Shown here: positions 18,729-28,632 of the stretch, piece by piece | Layout: each line of letters starts with the position of its first letter | Numbering within the stretch: position 1 is the first letter of the stretch | Source of the DNA: an uncultured Gammaproteobacteria bacterium | Lineage (GTDB): Bacteria; Patescibacteriota; Patescibacteriia; Magasanikbacterales; GWA2-37-8 | NCBI GenBank assembly: GCA_964596525.1 | Contig: CAZQUL010000001.1 | Span: forward strand, 601,956 to 665,955 | Direction: 5' to 3' | Length of the DNA stretch: 64,000 nucleotides | Notes under the pieces: generated by a model | What the model was told of the DNA's origin: nothing | What the model saw: only the letters and a program-made list of their open reading frames with translations | The model's database searches: none | Program-made: the position numbers and the translations under genes

Positions 18729-20420
18729 ATGGCACTACCTAAGAAAATTTGGAAAACATCGCAATTCCATAAAGGCATCTCAAACCTTAATGCCGAGGGC
18801 ACCTTTTGGTTTTCCAACGGCCTGGAATTTGATCAGTATCCGCCATATTTGAAAGTGGCAAATAAATTTTTTAAGGAAAGCGACAGTGTCAGCGTGCCGG
18901 GACTCGATGAGCCGACCTATATGTGTTATTTCAATTACCGATACTACTGCGTCAATCACGATGACGGGAAAATATTTGAAAACGATTACAGCAGTTGGGT
19001 CCAAGTACACGACAGCGTGAACATCTGGGGAGGAAGCGGATTGTACGCCGATGACGACTACATGTACTACGCTGGCAGTACTTGGGTCGGACGCTTTGAT
19101 AAAAACACATGGGTGGACAACTGGCAGTCGTTCAACGTGAACACCGCCTTTGACGATGTTCCCATTACGAAGTTTTTGAAATTTATTTGCTTCGGAAATA
19201 AAAACTATCTGGCCACGTGGGACACCGGTGCCAGCGTATGGAATCCAAACAAACTGACCTTGCCGACCGGGTATGTGATTATGTGGCTCGCACCGCTTAC
19301 TGACTATCTGGTTATTTCCGCCCACCATCCGACATTCGGTTCGGCTTTATTTTTCTGGGACGGCTATTCGCAGACTTATAATCGAGTCCTGCAATTAACC
19401 CAAACGCAAAGTCTTGCCGGAGTGGTCGACAAGAATGTCCTGTACTTTCTCACAAGAGACGGCTGGATTTGCCGATTCAACGGGTCCGGAATTGAAAAAC
19501 TAAACCGTTTTCCGGAAATGAGCCACGAGGACTACATCTCACTTAAAGCCGGATGCATGAAAGTCTATCAGGGCACCATTCTCATAGCTAAAGGATCAAA
19601 CACTTACGATGTGAGTCGCAGAAACCAGTATTGCGGAATTTGGTGCTATAACCCAGCAACGAACGCCCTCTATTTCAAACACCGAGTATCAAGCGGTGCG
19701 GTTAACCATGTGACTCCCGGAGTGGCGGTCATGTACGGACTCTTTGTCGACAACAATACGATCCGGGTGATGTACAGCGACGGCAATAAATCCATCATCG
19801 ACGTGAATCACGAGACCGGAACATTCAGACCTTACGAATTCGGGGCGTATTGGATCAGTCCATTAATCGACAACGAACCGTATCTCCGCAAGAGGTGGAA
19901 ACAGTTTATTTTGAACTTTTTTAAGCCGATGCCAAACAGCAGTTTTGCCCGGTTCGAGATCAAATACAACATCACCGAGCAAAACATAAGAGATCAGGCG
20001 AAGTACGTGACTGGTGGTAGCTATGATTATTTTACGCTGTCATCGATACCCAGCTCATTTGAACTTGGTGATGAAGTGATTGTTCTCGCCGGTCCGGCCG
20101 CTGGACAGATACGACACATAAAAAGCATAGACACTGTGACCAAGACAATCTATCTGGACGAGAGTTTGTACTATTCCGGTGCCTCACAGGGATATTTGCA
20201 AGCCGGAGATTATGTGGCGATCACGCCTTTCAAAAGACTCGGAACAATTAAGGGAAACGAAAACCAAGGCAAGGTAAATAAAATGCTTCGGTTTAATGCG
20301 AGGTCGAAAAAAATTCAATTTAAGGTCGAGGTCTGGAGTAACTCCGGGTACTCTGGCGAATGGGACATGGGAGTAAAAGACGTATCAGCTGTTTTTGTCC
20401 CGGACAGAATAATCAAATAA
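18729..20420 (+). CDS. Hypothetical phage tail/baseplate protein
   Basis: Likely start is MALPKKIW at 18729. The product is Trp/Tyr-rich and probably beta-rich, about 563 aa. Confidence 0.35.
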   Translation: MALPKKIWKTSQFHKGISNLNAEGTFWFSNGLEFDQYPPYLKVANKFFKESDSVSVPGLDEPTYMCYFNYRYYCVNHDDGKIFENDYSSWVQVHDSVNIWGGSGLYADDDYMYYAGSTWVGRFDKNTWVDNWQSFNVNTAFDDVPITKFLKFICFGNKNYLATWDTGASVWNPNKLTLPTGYVIMWLAPLTDYLVISAHHPTFGSALFFWDGYSQTYNRVLQLTQTQSLAGVVDKNVLYFLTRDGWICRFNGSGIEKLNRFPEMSHEDYISLKAGCMKVYQGTILIAKGSNTYDVSRRNQYCGIWCYNPATNALYFKHRVSSGAVNHVTPGVAVMYGLFVDNNTIRVMYSDGNKSIIDVNHETGTFRPYEFGAYWISPLIDNEPYLRKRWKQFILNFFKPMPNSSFARFEIKYNITEQNIRDQAKYVTGGSYDYFTLSSIPSSFELGDEVIVLAGPAAGQIRHIKSIDTVTKTIYLDESLYYSGASQGYLQAGDYVAITPFKRLGTIKGNENQGKVNKMLRFNARSKKIQFKVEVWSNSGYSGEWDMGVKDVSAVFVPDRIIK

Positions 20421-20424
20421 ACAT

Positions 20425-20616
20425 ATGGCTAAATTCACTTTGGAAAAAATAGATACCGAAAATGTAAAAAAGATTGACACTCAGGAGTCAGTCTCAATCG
20501 TGAACGTTCCTGCTCTGCAAAAGCAGAAAGAGGAAATAGAAAAACAAATCACCGCTATGCAAAAACAACTCGTCCAAATAAATGAGGTCTTGGACGAATA
20601 TAAAAAACTTCCATAA
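20425..20616 (+). CDS. Small coiled-coil protein
   Basis: 63-aa ORF with the heptad-like stretch QKQKEEIEKQITAMQKQLVQINEVL. Confidence 0.25.
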   Translation: MAKFTLEKIDTENVKKIDTQESVSIVNVPALQKQKEEIEKQITAMQKQLVQINEVLDEYKKLP

Positions 20617-20618
20617 AC

Positions 20619-20825
20619 ATGAACGACACACCAAACAATAAAGATCAGCCGTTTGATCCGAATCTGGGTTCGATACTCAACCTGCTCAGAGATATTCCGG
20701 TGTTAAACACACCGCCGTCCGATACGCCAAGAACCCCGATCAGCTTCGCTTTGTACGATAACGGAAGTACGCGACGCTTTTATATCTTTTTCAACGGAGT
20801 GTGGAGGTACGCAACGCTAACTTAA
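20619..20825 (+). CDS. Hypothetical small protein
   Basis: 68-aa ORF packed tightly between neighbouring genes. Confidence 0.2.
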   Translation: MNDTPNNKDQPFDPNLGSILNLLRDIPVLNTPPSDTPRTPISFALYDNGSTRRFYIFFNGVWRYATLT

Positions 20826-20831
20826 AAAACT

Positions 20832-22172
20832 ATGTCGCAGATAACAATACAAAAAGGTCAGACCCTTTCGGGAATCGCCAAGCAATACGGCACCACCGTA
20901 AACGATCTTCTGAAAGCCAATCCGACTATCAAGAATCCGAACCTGATATACGCCGGTTCTGCCTTAAATTTGCCCGGATCGCCAACTTCACCCGTTGTTG
21001 CCCCTAAGGCGAGCGTTCCGAGCCCAAGTCCCACCGTGACACCTTCTAAACCCGTAATACCCCCTGTTGCCCAAAATTCGAGCCCAGGGACGAGCGGTGT
21101 TCCTGAAAAGACCACGCTGTATGGAACTGATGTGCCTTCCAACACCTCTTTGCTCAAACAATACCGGTCCGAACTAGGCCTTGATACTTCCTTAAAGAGC
21201 ATGCAAGACAGCCAGACATCCTATCTCGACACTCTCAAGAATTTACCAAAAAAGTCTGATATCTACCAACAGGAGAGAACGAAAAGAGGAATCGATACGA
21301 TGGAAAAGAATTTGCAAAGCTTGGATAACAGGCTGGCGACAATGGAGGAAGCGATCAATAGTTCGGAAAAGGATATCAGAGACAGAATTGTTGGAAGTGG
21401 CGGACTCGTCACCGAAAGCCAAACCCAAAGATTGGTCGCTTCGGAAAAGCAACCGCTTATAGACGAATACAGAAAACTGCTCAATGAAAGAAACAGGCTT
21501 GCAACTCAAATGGGCACTGCCGAGACATCGGCAAAAGAAATTGCCGGTATGCAATATGAGGATTCAACTTTGCCTCTTACTGTCGCCGAAAAAACTCTCG
21601 GATTCCAGAAAGACCAATACAGCGTACTTGGTAACCTGTTAAGCCAAGTATTCGGTGCCTCAGAAAAAGATGTTGCGAACCTGATTGATTCCGCCAAATA
21701 CGGAAAAGAGCAAGAAAAGAAAGAAGCTCAAGACGTTATCGATCGAGCCATAAAACTTGCCCAGCTGGCCAATGATACTCCAGCCGGAACGGTGCTTGAT
21801 ATTGCCGGAACGAAAGTCTTAGGTACAAAGAAATCATCAGGCAGTGGATCGGATGGCGGTTCGGCGAGCGATGTCGAAGCGTACGCATTGGAACTACTGA
21901 ACAACCCGAACTTCACAGCAAGCAATGTCCCTCAGAACATTCGAGCTCAAGTCCTTCAAAAACGAGATCAGATCATAGCTGAAGCAAATACTCAACAGCA
22001 AGCAGATGCGGAGGCCGCCCAAGCACTGAAAGCGAGCCAGCCAAAGATAACAGCCCAAGACTTCGGTGCTGGGGTCAAAGATGTATTCACTCAAAAGATT
22101 CCGAGCCTTGCGAAGTCCGGATACAACACAACCAAGAACTTCTTCAAGGGTCTATTCGGCATCGGAAATTAA
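20832..22172 (+). CDS. LysM-domain virion protein
   Basis: 446 aa. The N-terminal [28 protein letters not shown]...[10 protein letters not shown] is a LysM peptidoglycan-binding domain, followed by a Pro/Ser linker and a long coiled-coil region. Confidence 0.6.
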   Translation: MSQITIQKGQTLSGIAKQYGTTVNDLLKANPTIKNPNLIYAGSALNLPGSPTSPVVAPKASVPSPSPTVTPSKPVIPPVAQNSSPGTSGVPEKTTLYGTDVPSNTSLLKQYRSELGLDTSLKSMQDSQTSYLDTLKNLPKKSDIYQQERTKRGIDTMEKNLQSLDNRLATMEEAINSSEKDIRDRIVGSGGLVTESQTQRLVASEKQPLIDEYRKLLNERNRLATQMGTAETSAKEIAGMQYEDSTLPLTVAEKTLGFQKDQYSVLGNLLSQVFGASEKDVANLIDSAKYGKEQEKKEAQDVIDRAIKLAQLANDTPAGTVLDIAGTKVLGTKKSSGSGSDGGSASDVEAYALELLNNPNFTASNVPQNIRAQVLQKRDQIIAEANTQQQADAEAAQALKASQPKITAQDFGAGVKDVFTQKIPSLAKSGYNTTKNFFKGLFGIGN

Positions 22173-22178
22173 AACGCT

Positions 22179-24986
22179 ATGGCTTACATTAAAGACCTTA
22201 AAACTGGAAAGTATATAAACACCGGATCTGCACCGGCCTCTCCTCCACTCACAAGATCGGCACCCGGTACTGCCATTAAGTACCAAAAGAATGCCGAGGG
22301 AAAGTACGTAACGACTGAAGTTGAAAAACCGGCAGGAAAACCGAACGTAACAACAGTCGAAGGACTGCGAGACTTTGCATTGCAAAATAATGTGGATGTC
22401 TCCTCCACTCAACCAAAAGAATCGACGTTGCAGAAAATTCTCCACGTACTCAATACCGGAGGATATGCTGTCGGCGGTCTTATAAGCGGAAAAGGGATCA
22501 TGGCCGGAATCAAAGAACACATCCAGCCGTCTGAAGCCCTCGGCATTAAGAGCAAGGTCGGCGGATTCATTGCCGACATTCTGCTTGATCCGACAACTTA
22601 TCTAAGTTTCGGCTACGGTGCCGGTGCAAAGCTTGCGACAAAAGCCGGAACAGTAGTCCTCAGTAAGACCGGAACCTCACTGCTCAAGAAATCTATCTTG
22701 GAGCTTGGCGAGGAAGGTGCGAGAAAAATGCTTGCCAAAAAGGTGCTTGAGGAAGGTGGCGAAAAGTTTTTGGCCAAGGGCGGTCTGAAATTTGCCGGTA
22801 AACAGATACTTCCACGTTCGGCCGTGACTGCACCGTTTAAAGCCGCAGACTGGCTTGTGGAAAAGACTCCTGTGGTCGGGAAAATATATGAGGGTGCAAA
22901 AGACTTGGCCGGAAAAGCATTTGTACCATTCAAGAGCATCAAAGATCTGCCCGGACGAATTGGCGAGGAATACATCGATAAATTTTCACAATTCAACAAA
23001 GCAACACGGTCCGAGATTGGAAAGGCTGTTGAGGAGGCGTCTGCATTGGGAAATACTGCCCGAAAGGAACTCGGTAAAGATTCCGGTACGGCTGTCGGTC
23101 GCATGATTGAAGGAATGACCGAAGCTCCTGCAAAGATTGCCGGTGGAATTGATCAAGTCGCCACTGCTGGCAATAAAGTAATTGACGACATCATTGGCCA
23201 CATTCGAGGAGAGCATAAACGTTTCGCAAGCCTTGAAAAAGAGCGAGGACTTTTGGAATTTGAATTGCCGGATTATTTGCGTCACTACCTGACACCGGAG
23301 GGTCGCGACTTTCTACAAAAGAATTCGGATGTTGCTGAGGAGCTAACAAAGAAAATGAGAGTCAGCACTCCATTTGCGAAATCTCGAACGCTTGATGACA
23401 CGATCGTGAACATAAACAAATACTTCCGAAAGACTCACGGCGTGAAGTTGTTTGAACAAGATGCATTCAAAGCATTTGCCGGACGTAAAGCCGAGCACAT
23501 CAAAGCTGTGAATACTTACGATTTCCTAACAGACGTAGGAAAACAATTCGGCAAGCAAGGCGAAGTGATAACCAAAGAATTCAAACATCCAGTGACCGGA
23601 AAAATGGCCACAAAAGAAACAATTAAACCGATTTATGAAAACGGCATGCGGTACATTGAAAGCACCGTGCCTCAACTTAAAGGCGTGCTTCTGCCCGAAC
23701 AGATCGTGAAGCATGTCGAGGAAACTTATAAGGTGCTTACTCATGACGAGGCGACAAAGAAATTCCTCAAAGTTTATGATAAGGCACTCGGCTTCTGGAA
23801 AGGATCAGTCACCGGGTGGTTTCCTGCTTTTCATATCAGAAACTCCATTGGTGGAATTTTCAACAACTGGATTGCTGGCGTGACGAATCCTACCCGGTAC
23901 CTCCAAGGCGACCAAATTGCCCGGGGAGTTAAGGGAATGATCACGACCAAGCTGGGTACAAAGTATTCATACCAAGAAATAAAGGAGATTGCCGAAAAAC
24001 TGGGAGTCGTCGGTCAGCCCGGTTATTTGGATGTGATGCGTGAAGTCGAAAAAGATATTGGCAAAGGGCCGATATCAAAATTGATGGATCTGCCCAAAGG
24101 TGCGATGGAAATAACAGAAAACCGATTGAGATTGCCACTCTTTGTTGATCGACTGATTAAGGGTGACGCACCGGAACAAGCTGCGAAATCGGTATTCCAA
24201 TTCCACTTCGACTACGCTCCTGAAGCTCTTGCACCGTTTGAGCAAAACATTATGAAGCGACTGTTGCCATTTTACCGATGGACACGAGGCAATATACCGC
24301 TTCAGCTTGAACAGATGGTTAAACAGCCAGGCAAGTACGCCGCTCTTGGCAAATTCATTGATAACATCCAAGTCGACAAAGAAAAAGCCAAAGAGGAATT
24401 CCAATACCTACCGCCTTATATGCGAGAAGGACTACCGGTCCGACTTGGTGAGAAAGGTGGATTCTCACAATATCTTTATGGTCTTGGTCTGCCGGTCGAG
24501 GATATTAACCGACTTTACAAAGGAAGTCCTCAAAGAACCTTGGCCAGCTTTGTCGGTGAGTTATCGCCATTGCTTAAATATCCGATAGAAGCCGGAACCG
24601 GACAAAATCTGTTCACTGGCGAGCCAATTATCGAAAACAGCCGAGTGTATCCGTTCGTGAACGCAATACCCGGACTGCGAGACTGGCTGGAAGTAACCGA
24701 ACACAAAGACAAGAACGGCAACGTGAGTTATCGGGCTAATGCTTATAAGCTTCACTTCTTAAATACGGCATTGGGACGTTTCTACACGACCGCCGGTAAG
24801 CTTACAGACGATAAGACATCAGGAGCCGTGAAATTCCTATACGGTCTTGTTGGAGCAAAAGCTAAATCGGTCGATATGGAAAAGGAAAAGTTTTGGCGAG
24901 ATCAGGAAGTGAAAGATCGACTTGAACAAGCATTGGAAAGTAGAGGTCTGATAAACCAGTATGAGCGTGCATACGTTCCGAAATAA
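22179..24986 (+). CDS. Large virion protein (935 aa), possible internal/ejection protein
   Basis: Largest ORF of the structural module, immediately upstream of the lysis cassette. No tail tube, sheath or obvious tape-measure genes are present, which suggests a podovirus-like arrangement. Confidence 0.4.
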   Translation: MAYIKDLKTGKYINTGSAPASPPLTRSAPGTAIKYQKNAEGKYVTTEVEKPAGKPNVTTVEGLRDFALQNNVDVSSTQPKESTLQKILHVLNTGGYAVGGLISGKGIMAGIKEHIQPSEALGIKSKVGGFIADILLDPTTYLSFGYGAGAKLATKAGTVVLSKTGTSLLKKSILELGEEGARKMLAKKVLEEGGEKFLAKGGLKFAGKQILPRSAVTAPFKAADWLVEKTPVVGKIYEGAKDLAGKAFVPFKSIKDLPGRIGEEYIDKFSQFNKATRSEIGKAVEEASALGNTARKELGKDSGTAVGRMIEGMTEAPAKIAGGIDQVATAGNKVIDDIIGHIRGEHKRFASLEKERGLLEFELPDYLRHYLTPEGRDFLQKNSDVAEELTKKMRVSTPFAKSRTLDDTIVNINKYFRKTHGVKLFEQDAFKAFAGRKAEHIKAVNTYDFLTDVGKQFGKQGEVITKEFKHPVTGKMATKETIKPIYENGMRYIESTVPQLKGVLLPEQIVKHVEETYKVLTHDEATKKFLKVYDKALGFWKGSVTGWFPAFHIRNSIGGIFNNWIAGVTNPTRYLQGDQIARGVKGMITTKLGTKYSYQEIKEIAEKLGVVGQPGYLDVMREVEKDIGKGPISKLMDLPKGAMEITENRLRLPLFVDRLIKGDAPEQAAKSVFQFHFDYAPEALAPFEQNIMKRLLPFYRWTRGNIPLQLEQMVKQPGKYAALGKFIDNIQVDKEKAKEEFQYLPPYMREGLPVRLGEKGGFSQYLYGLGLPVEDINRLYKGSPQRTLASFVGELSPLLKYPIEAGTGQNLFTGEPIIENSRVYPFVNAIPGLRDWLEVTEHKDKNGNVSYRANAYKLHFLNTALGRFYTTAGKLTDDKTSGAVKFLYGLVGAKAKSVDMEKEKFWRDQEVKDRLEQALESRGLINQYERAYVPK

Positions 24987-24990
24987 TCAC

Positions 24991-25218
24991 ATGGATAAAA
25001 ACTGCTACCAAAACCAAATACAAGATGAGCGTCTCGATCGGGTAGAAAAAACCGTAAACGAAATTAAAGACAATCATCTGGTGCATTTGCAGACTGACCT
25101 GACAAAAGTAGGGACGGATGTCGACTGGCTCAAACGGTTCTTTTGGATTTTAGCAACAGCATCAGTGGGAGGTCTGATAACGGCATTAATTAACTTATTA
25201 ATTTCTGTAACAAAATAA
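24991..25218 (+). CDS. Putative holin
   Basis: About 75 aa with a single C-terminal TM helix (FFWILATASVGGLITALINLLI), immediately upstream of the amidase endolysin. Confidence 0.4.
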   Translation: MDKNCYQNQIQDERLDRVEKTVNEIKDNHLVHLQTDLTKVGTDVDWLKRFFWILATASVGGLITALINLLISVTK

Positions 25219-25219
25219 T

Positions 25220-25735
25220 ATGGAACTTAAATCATCAAACATCAAATACTTGATTGTGCATCATTCGGCAACAGCCAGAGATACAACCACGTTTGAAGCG
25301 GTCAAAAAATATCACATCTCAAAAGGTTGGGGTGATATTGGATACCATTTCTTTATAACCCCCGAGGGCAAGGTACTGCCCGGACGAGCCGAAAATGTCG
25401 TCGGTGCTCAATGCCAAGCAGATAGCATGAATTTCAAATCATTAGGAATCTGCCTGCCGGGAAACTTTATGAATGAGGTGCCGACTACCCAACAGTTAGC
25501 ATCCTTGCTGAATCTGCTTCAAAAGCTGATGTCAAAGTACAACATTCCGAAAGAGAATGTCCTTGGCCACCGTGAGGTCAATGGTGCTTCGACAGCCTGC
25601 CCGGGAGATAATCTCCAAAGATGGGTAACCAGCTTCAGGATGCAAAAGAGTGAGGCCGATAACCGGTCCATGATCGCTGAGCAGGTCATGAACCACTTAG
25701 AGCAAGCAATCGATAAATTAAAACAATTACTATGA
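25220..25735 (+). CDS. N-acetylmuramoyl-L-alanine amidase endolysin (Amidase_2/PGRP fold)
   Basis: 171 aa with LIVHHSAT, GYHFFI and ACPG, the zinc-binding signature residues of type 2 amidases. Confidence 0.8.
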   Translation: MELKSSNIKYLIVHHSATARDTTTFEAVKKYHISKGWGDIGYHFFITPEGKVLPGRAENVVGAQCQADSMNFKSLGICLPGNFMNEVPTTQQLASLLNLLQKLMSKYNIPKENVLGHREVNGASTACPGDNLQRWVTSFRMQKSEADNRSMIAEQVMNHLEQAIDKLKQLL

Positions 25736-25950
25736 ACCCAGCACATAAAGAAGCTTTAAAGCACCTTGTCATCGTCTTTCTGTATTCCGGAGTCTCATCG
25801 ATCCTGCCGATCGTTTTGGCCTACGTCCAGAATGATCCTCGTTGGGCATTGTTAATTCCGATCATAAACTCCGCATGGTACGCCATAAGCCGGTATCTCA
25901 AAGAAAGGAAACTGATAGAGGAGGCCATACTGAGAGGTGATGAATTTTAA
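25732..25950 (+). CDS. Small two-TM membrane protein (holin/antiholin or spanin-like)
   Basis: 72 aa with two hydrophobic helices. Overlaps the amidase stop. Confidence 0.35.
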   Translation: MNPAHKEALKHLVIVFLYSGVSSILPIVLAYVQNDPRWALLIPIINSAWYAISRYLKERKLIEEAILRGDEF

Positions 25951-26193
25951 GCTAAAATAAGCAATTTACGATTTAATAGACTTTCTGGGCGAAAGCCGGA
26001 ACCTCAAAATAGCTAGGATTTGCCTTGTAAAATCCCCTTAATTGGCGTATAATTTTATCAAGTTTACTGAATGATAAAGTCCTGGCTGGTTCAAAGTTCG
26101 GGACATCCACACCGCACTGTATATTTAGTATCGGATGACTCAAGAGCCCTGTTTTAGGGGCTTTTGTTATAGCCAGAGAATTTCTGTGTTAAA

Positions 26194-26655
26194 ATGGATA
26201 ATCTGACCAAAGTATTTAAAAATATGGCTGATGTCTTTTCCAAAGAAAAGCGAAGCCAGGTGATGTCCTTAATCCGAGCTAAGAATACCAAGCCAGAATT
26301 GGCCCTTCGTAAATTAATCAGCACGGCCTTCTATCCTCTTGGCTTTCGCTATCGGATTCATTATAAAAAATTGCCTGGCAAGCCGGACCTAGTTTTCGTT
26401 TCACAAAAGATTGCCGTTTTTGTCGACGGGGCTTTTTGGCACGGATATACCTTTAGAAAGATAAAAAACAGGCTGCCTAAGAAATATTGGCGGGATAAAA
26501 TCATGTCCAATATTAGACGGGATAAGCAAACCAATCGTGCCCTCAGAAAATTAGGATGGAGAGTTATTAGAGTATGGGATCATGATATAAGTAGGCATTC
26601 CGATAGAGTTTTAAATAAAATCTCGGCCGTCATTAATGCGCGAAAGACGGTCTAG
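26194..26655 (+). CDS. vsr: Very-short-patch repair endonuclease Vsr
   Basis: 153 aa. RSQVMSLIRAKNTKPELALRKLI...GFRYR...LPGKPDLVF...FVDGAFWHG matches the Vsr signature. Confidence 0.8.
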   Translation: MDNLTKVFKNMADVFSKEKRSQVMSLIRAKNTKPELALRKLISTAFYPLGFRYRIHYKKLPGKPDLVFVSQKIAVFVDGAFWHGYTFRKIKNRLPKKYWRDKIMSNIRRDKQTNRALRKLGWRVIRVWDHDISRHSDRVLNKISAVINARKTV

Positions 26656-26700
26656 ACCTAAAAAATATTATGTGTAAAAATAAAGCAAGTACTCTTTTCC

Positions 26701-27510
26701 ATGAAATCGAATAAGCTTCCAAAACCAAACAGCCCTGAGCTGACCTCAATTTTGAAGGGGACCAAGGCTAGGGCTATATATAAGACTCTGTTTGAGAATA
26801 AAGAAAGACCTTTGACGATGTCTGAGATCAGGCTGTTTTTAGGGTTAGAAGCAGGAGAGCAAGAACACCTGAACCGAAGGATGCGCGAACTTTATGGATT
26901 CTTTAATATAGTGCGGTCCAAAAGAGGCAGTGATACTGTGTACCGTTTAGATTCTGTATCCGAGAAACCCTATCAAACGACTAGCAGTATTTCAATTAAA
27001 ACTAGGGCATGGGTCCTGCGCGATCAAAGGTGCGCTCAATGCGGACGCACTCCTGTCGAAGACGGAGTAAAGTTGCATGTAGACCACATAGTTCCCAAGG
27101 AATGGGGCGGAACGGATGATCCTGAGAACTTGCAAGCTCTCTGTTCCGAGTGCAATGAAGGTAAGAAAAATTTATACTCGAGTTTCAATAAATTTGGAAC
27201 TAAAATCAAAATTGCTATTAGTTATGATGAGCCTCACAAAAGAATCGGTGAACTACTAAAGGCTTTTGACGGGCAGCCTGTGCCTTCTGAGCTGCTAGAG
27301 ATAGTGGCTAAAGCCAAGCAGTATCAAGATGATTGGCAAAAAAGGATGCGCGAATTAAGAGAGCTTGGCTGGGAATATACATTCGAGAAACGGAAAGAGG
27401 GCTCGAGGTTCAAAACTTATTTTACCCTCAAAAAATTCGCTCCGTGGCCTGAAGGTAATATTAAGGCTGAAATAAGAAAAAGGGAGCTCCAAAAGAAAGC
27501 ATCTCTTTAA
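26701..27510 (+). CDS. HNH endonuclease with N-terminal wHTH, putative type II restriction enzyme of the Vsr/C5-MTase module
   Basis: 269 aa. CAQCGR...HVDHIVPKEWGG.DDPENLQALCSECN is an HNH motif with a zinc ribbon. It lies between vsr and a convergent C5-MTase. Confidence 0.5.
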   Translation: MKSNKLPKPNSPELTSILKGTKARAIYKTLFENKERPLTMSEIRLFLGLEAGEQEHLNRRMRELYGFFNIVRSKRGSDTVYRLDSVSEKPYQTTSSISIKTRAWVLRDQRCAQCGRTPVEDGVKLHVDHIVPKEWGGTDDPENLQALCSECNEGKKNLYSSFNKFGTKIKIAISYDEPHKRIGELLKAFDGQPVPSELLEIVAKAKQYQDDWQKRMRELRELGWEYTFEKRKEGSRFKTYFTLKKFAPWPEGNIKAEIRKRELQKKASL

Positions 27511-27520
27511 AAGAATTCCG

Positions 27521-28510
27521 TTAGGCAAAGGTTATTTTTTCCTTTCCTAAGAAAAGAGCTTCTTTAATAGCCTTTCCTACCGCCTCAGCAACGGGCGGAG
27601 GGAAAGCATTTCCTATCTGCCGGTAGGCAGCCGTCTTTTTTCCGTAAAATTTCCAATTTGAAGGGAATCCCTGTATAACAGCCGCCATTTCAATCGTAAG
27701 CCGGGGTTTTCCATTAAAATCTGCTGCTGGTACTGAGTCTGCTATGCCTCCGCCATCGACTCCCAATGCAGCCCAAGCGGCCTTTGCTCGAGTTGGGCCT
27801 AGGTCAGCACCTCCGTGTTTCTTTGATCCTCCCACAAGCGTCGGCGCCACTTTTGAGGCCCGCAGCTTCCACTCTTCCGCGCCTTTCCATCCCTGGCTAG
27901 ACATTAAAGCGTAAAGGGCTTCGCCGACAGTTAGTAGTTGATTCTCATTTCCTGTCGGCCATTTGAAATATTCGGCATAAGGTTGCTGTAAGGCAACCAT
28001 TAAAGTTCTTGGGCGTAATTGAGGAACTCCAAAATGAGCCGCATGTAGCAGTTTCCACTCTACCTTATAACCAATTTCTTCCAGCTGTCGTGAAATTTCT
28101 TCTCTATAATCTCTAAATTTAGGATCTAACAACCCTCTTACGTTCTCAATCATTACTGCTTTTGGCCTAGTCTTTTTTATAAGTTTCAGCGCAGCAGGAA
28201 ATAGGTCTCTCTCATCTAAATGCCCCAATTGTTTTCCAGCTTTTGAAAAAGGAGGACAGGGCACTCCGCCCGCAACCAGATCGACCTTTCCTTTGTAAGA
28301 TTCGCCGTCAAAATTATTAAGGTCTTCTTGGATTACATTCCACTGCGGACGATTTAATTTCAGTGTCGAACAAAATTGAGGTTCGATTTCTACAAGAGCG
28401 ATATGATCAAAACCCGCACGTTCAAGGCCTATGGCTTGGCCCCCGGCTCCGGCGCAAACTTCTATGGAAGTTAATTTTTCTTCTCTATGTTTCATAACAT
28501 CTTGTATCAC
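27521..28510 (-). CDS. DNA cytosine-5 methyltransferase
   Basis: 329 aa with motif I (VCAGAGG), the PC motif (GGVPCPPFSKAG), ENV (MIENVRGL) and motif X (QIGNAFPPPV). Confidence 0.85.
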   Translation of the reverse strand: MIQDVMKHREEKLTSIEVCAGAGGQAIGLERAGFDHIALVEIEPQFCSTLKLNRPQWNVIQEDLNNFDGESYKGKVDLVAGGVPCPPFSKAGKQLGHLDERDLFPAALKLIKKTRPKAVMIENVRGLLDPKFRDYREEISRQLEEIGYKVEWKLLHAAHFGVPQLRPRTLMVALQQPYAEYFKWPTGNENQLLTVGEALYALMSSQGWKGAEEWKLRASKVAPTLVGGSKKHGGADLGPTRAKAAWAALGVDGGGIADSVPAADFNGKPRLTIEMAAVIQGFPSNWKFYGKKTAAYRQIGNAFPPPVAEAVGKAIKEALFLGKEKITFA

Positions 28511-28632
28511 GTATAGCTTTAATTTTTTCTTTCTGAAAGACTCAAGTTTTCTGGAGGATCGACTAATTTACGATTAATCTTATCTAGGTGCTTCTCGATT
28601 ATAGCCTATAAGCCTTCTTTTTTGAATGTCTT

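Noticed and set aside
25951-26193. Possible prophage end or att site after the lysis cassette, with a weak hairpin at 26145-26162 and an extended -10 box (tgtgttaaaat) before vsr.
   Set aside because: No repeat matching the left boundary was found, and the serine integrase lies further right. It is more simply the vsr promoter region. Kept as low-confidence and not listed as a feature.
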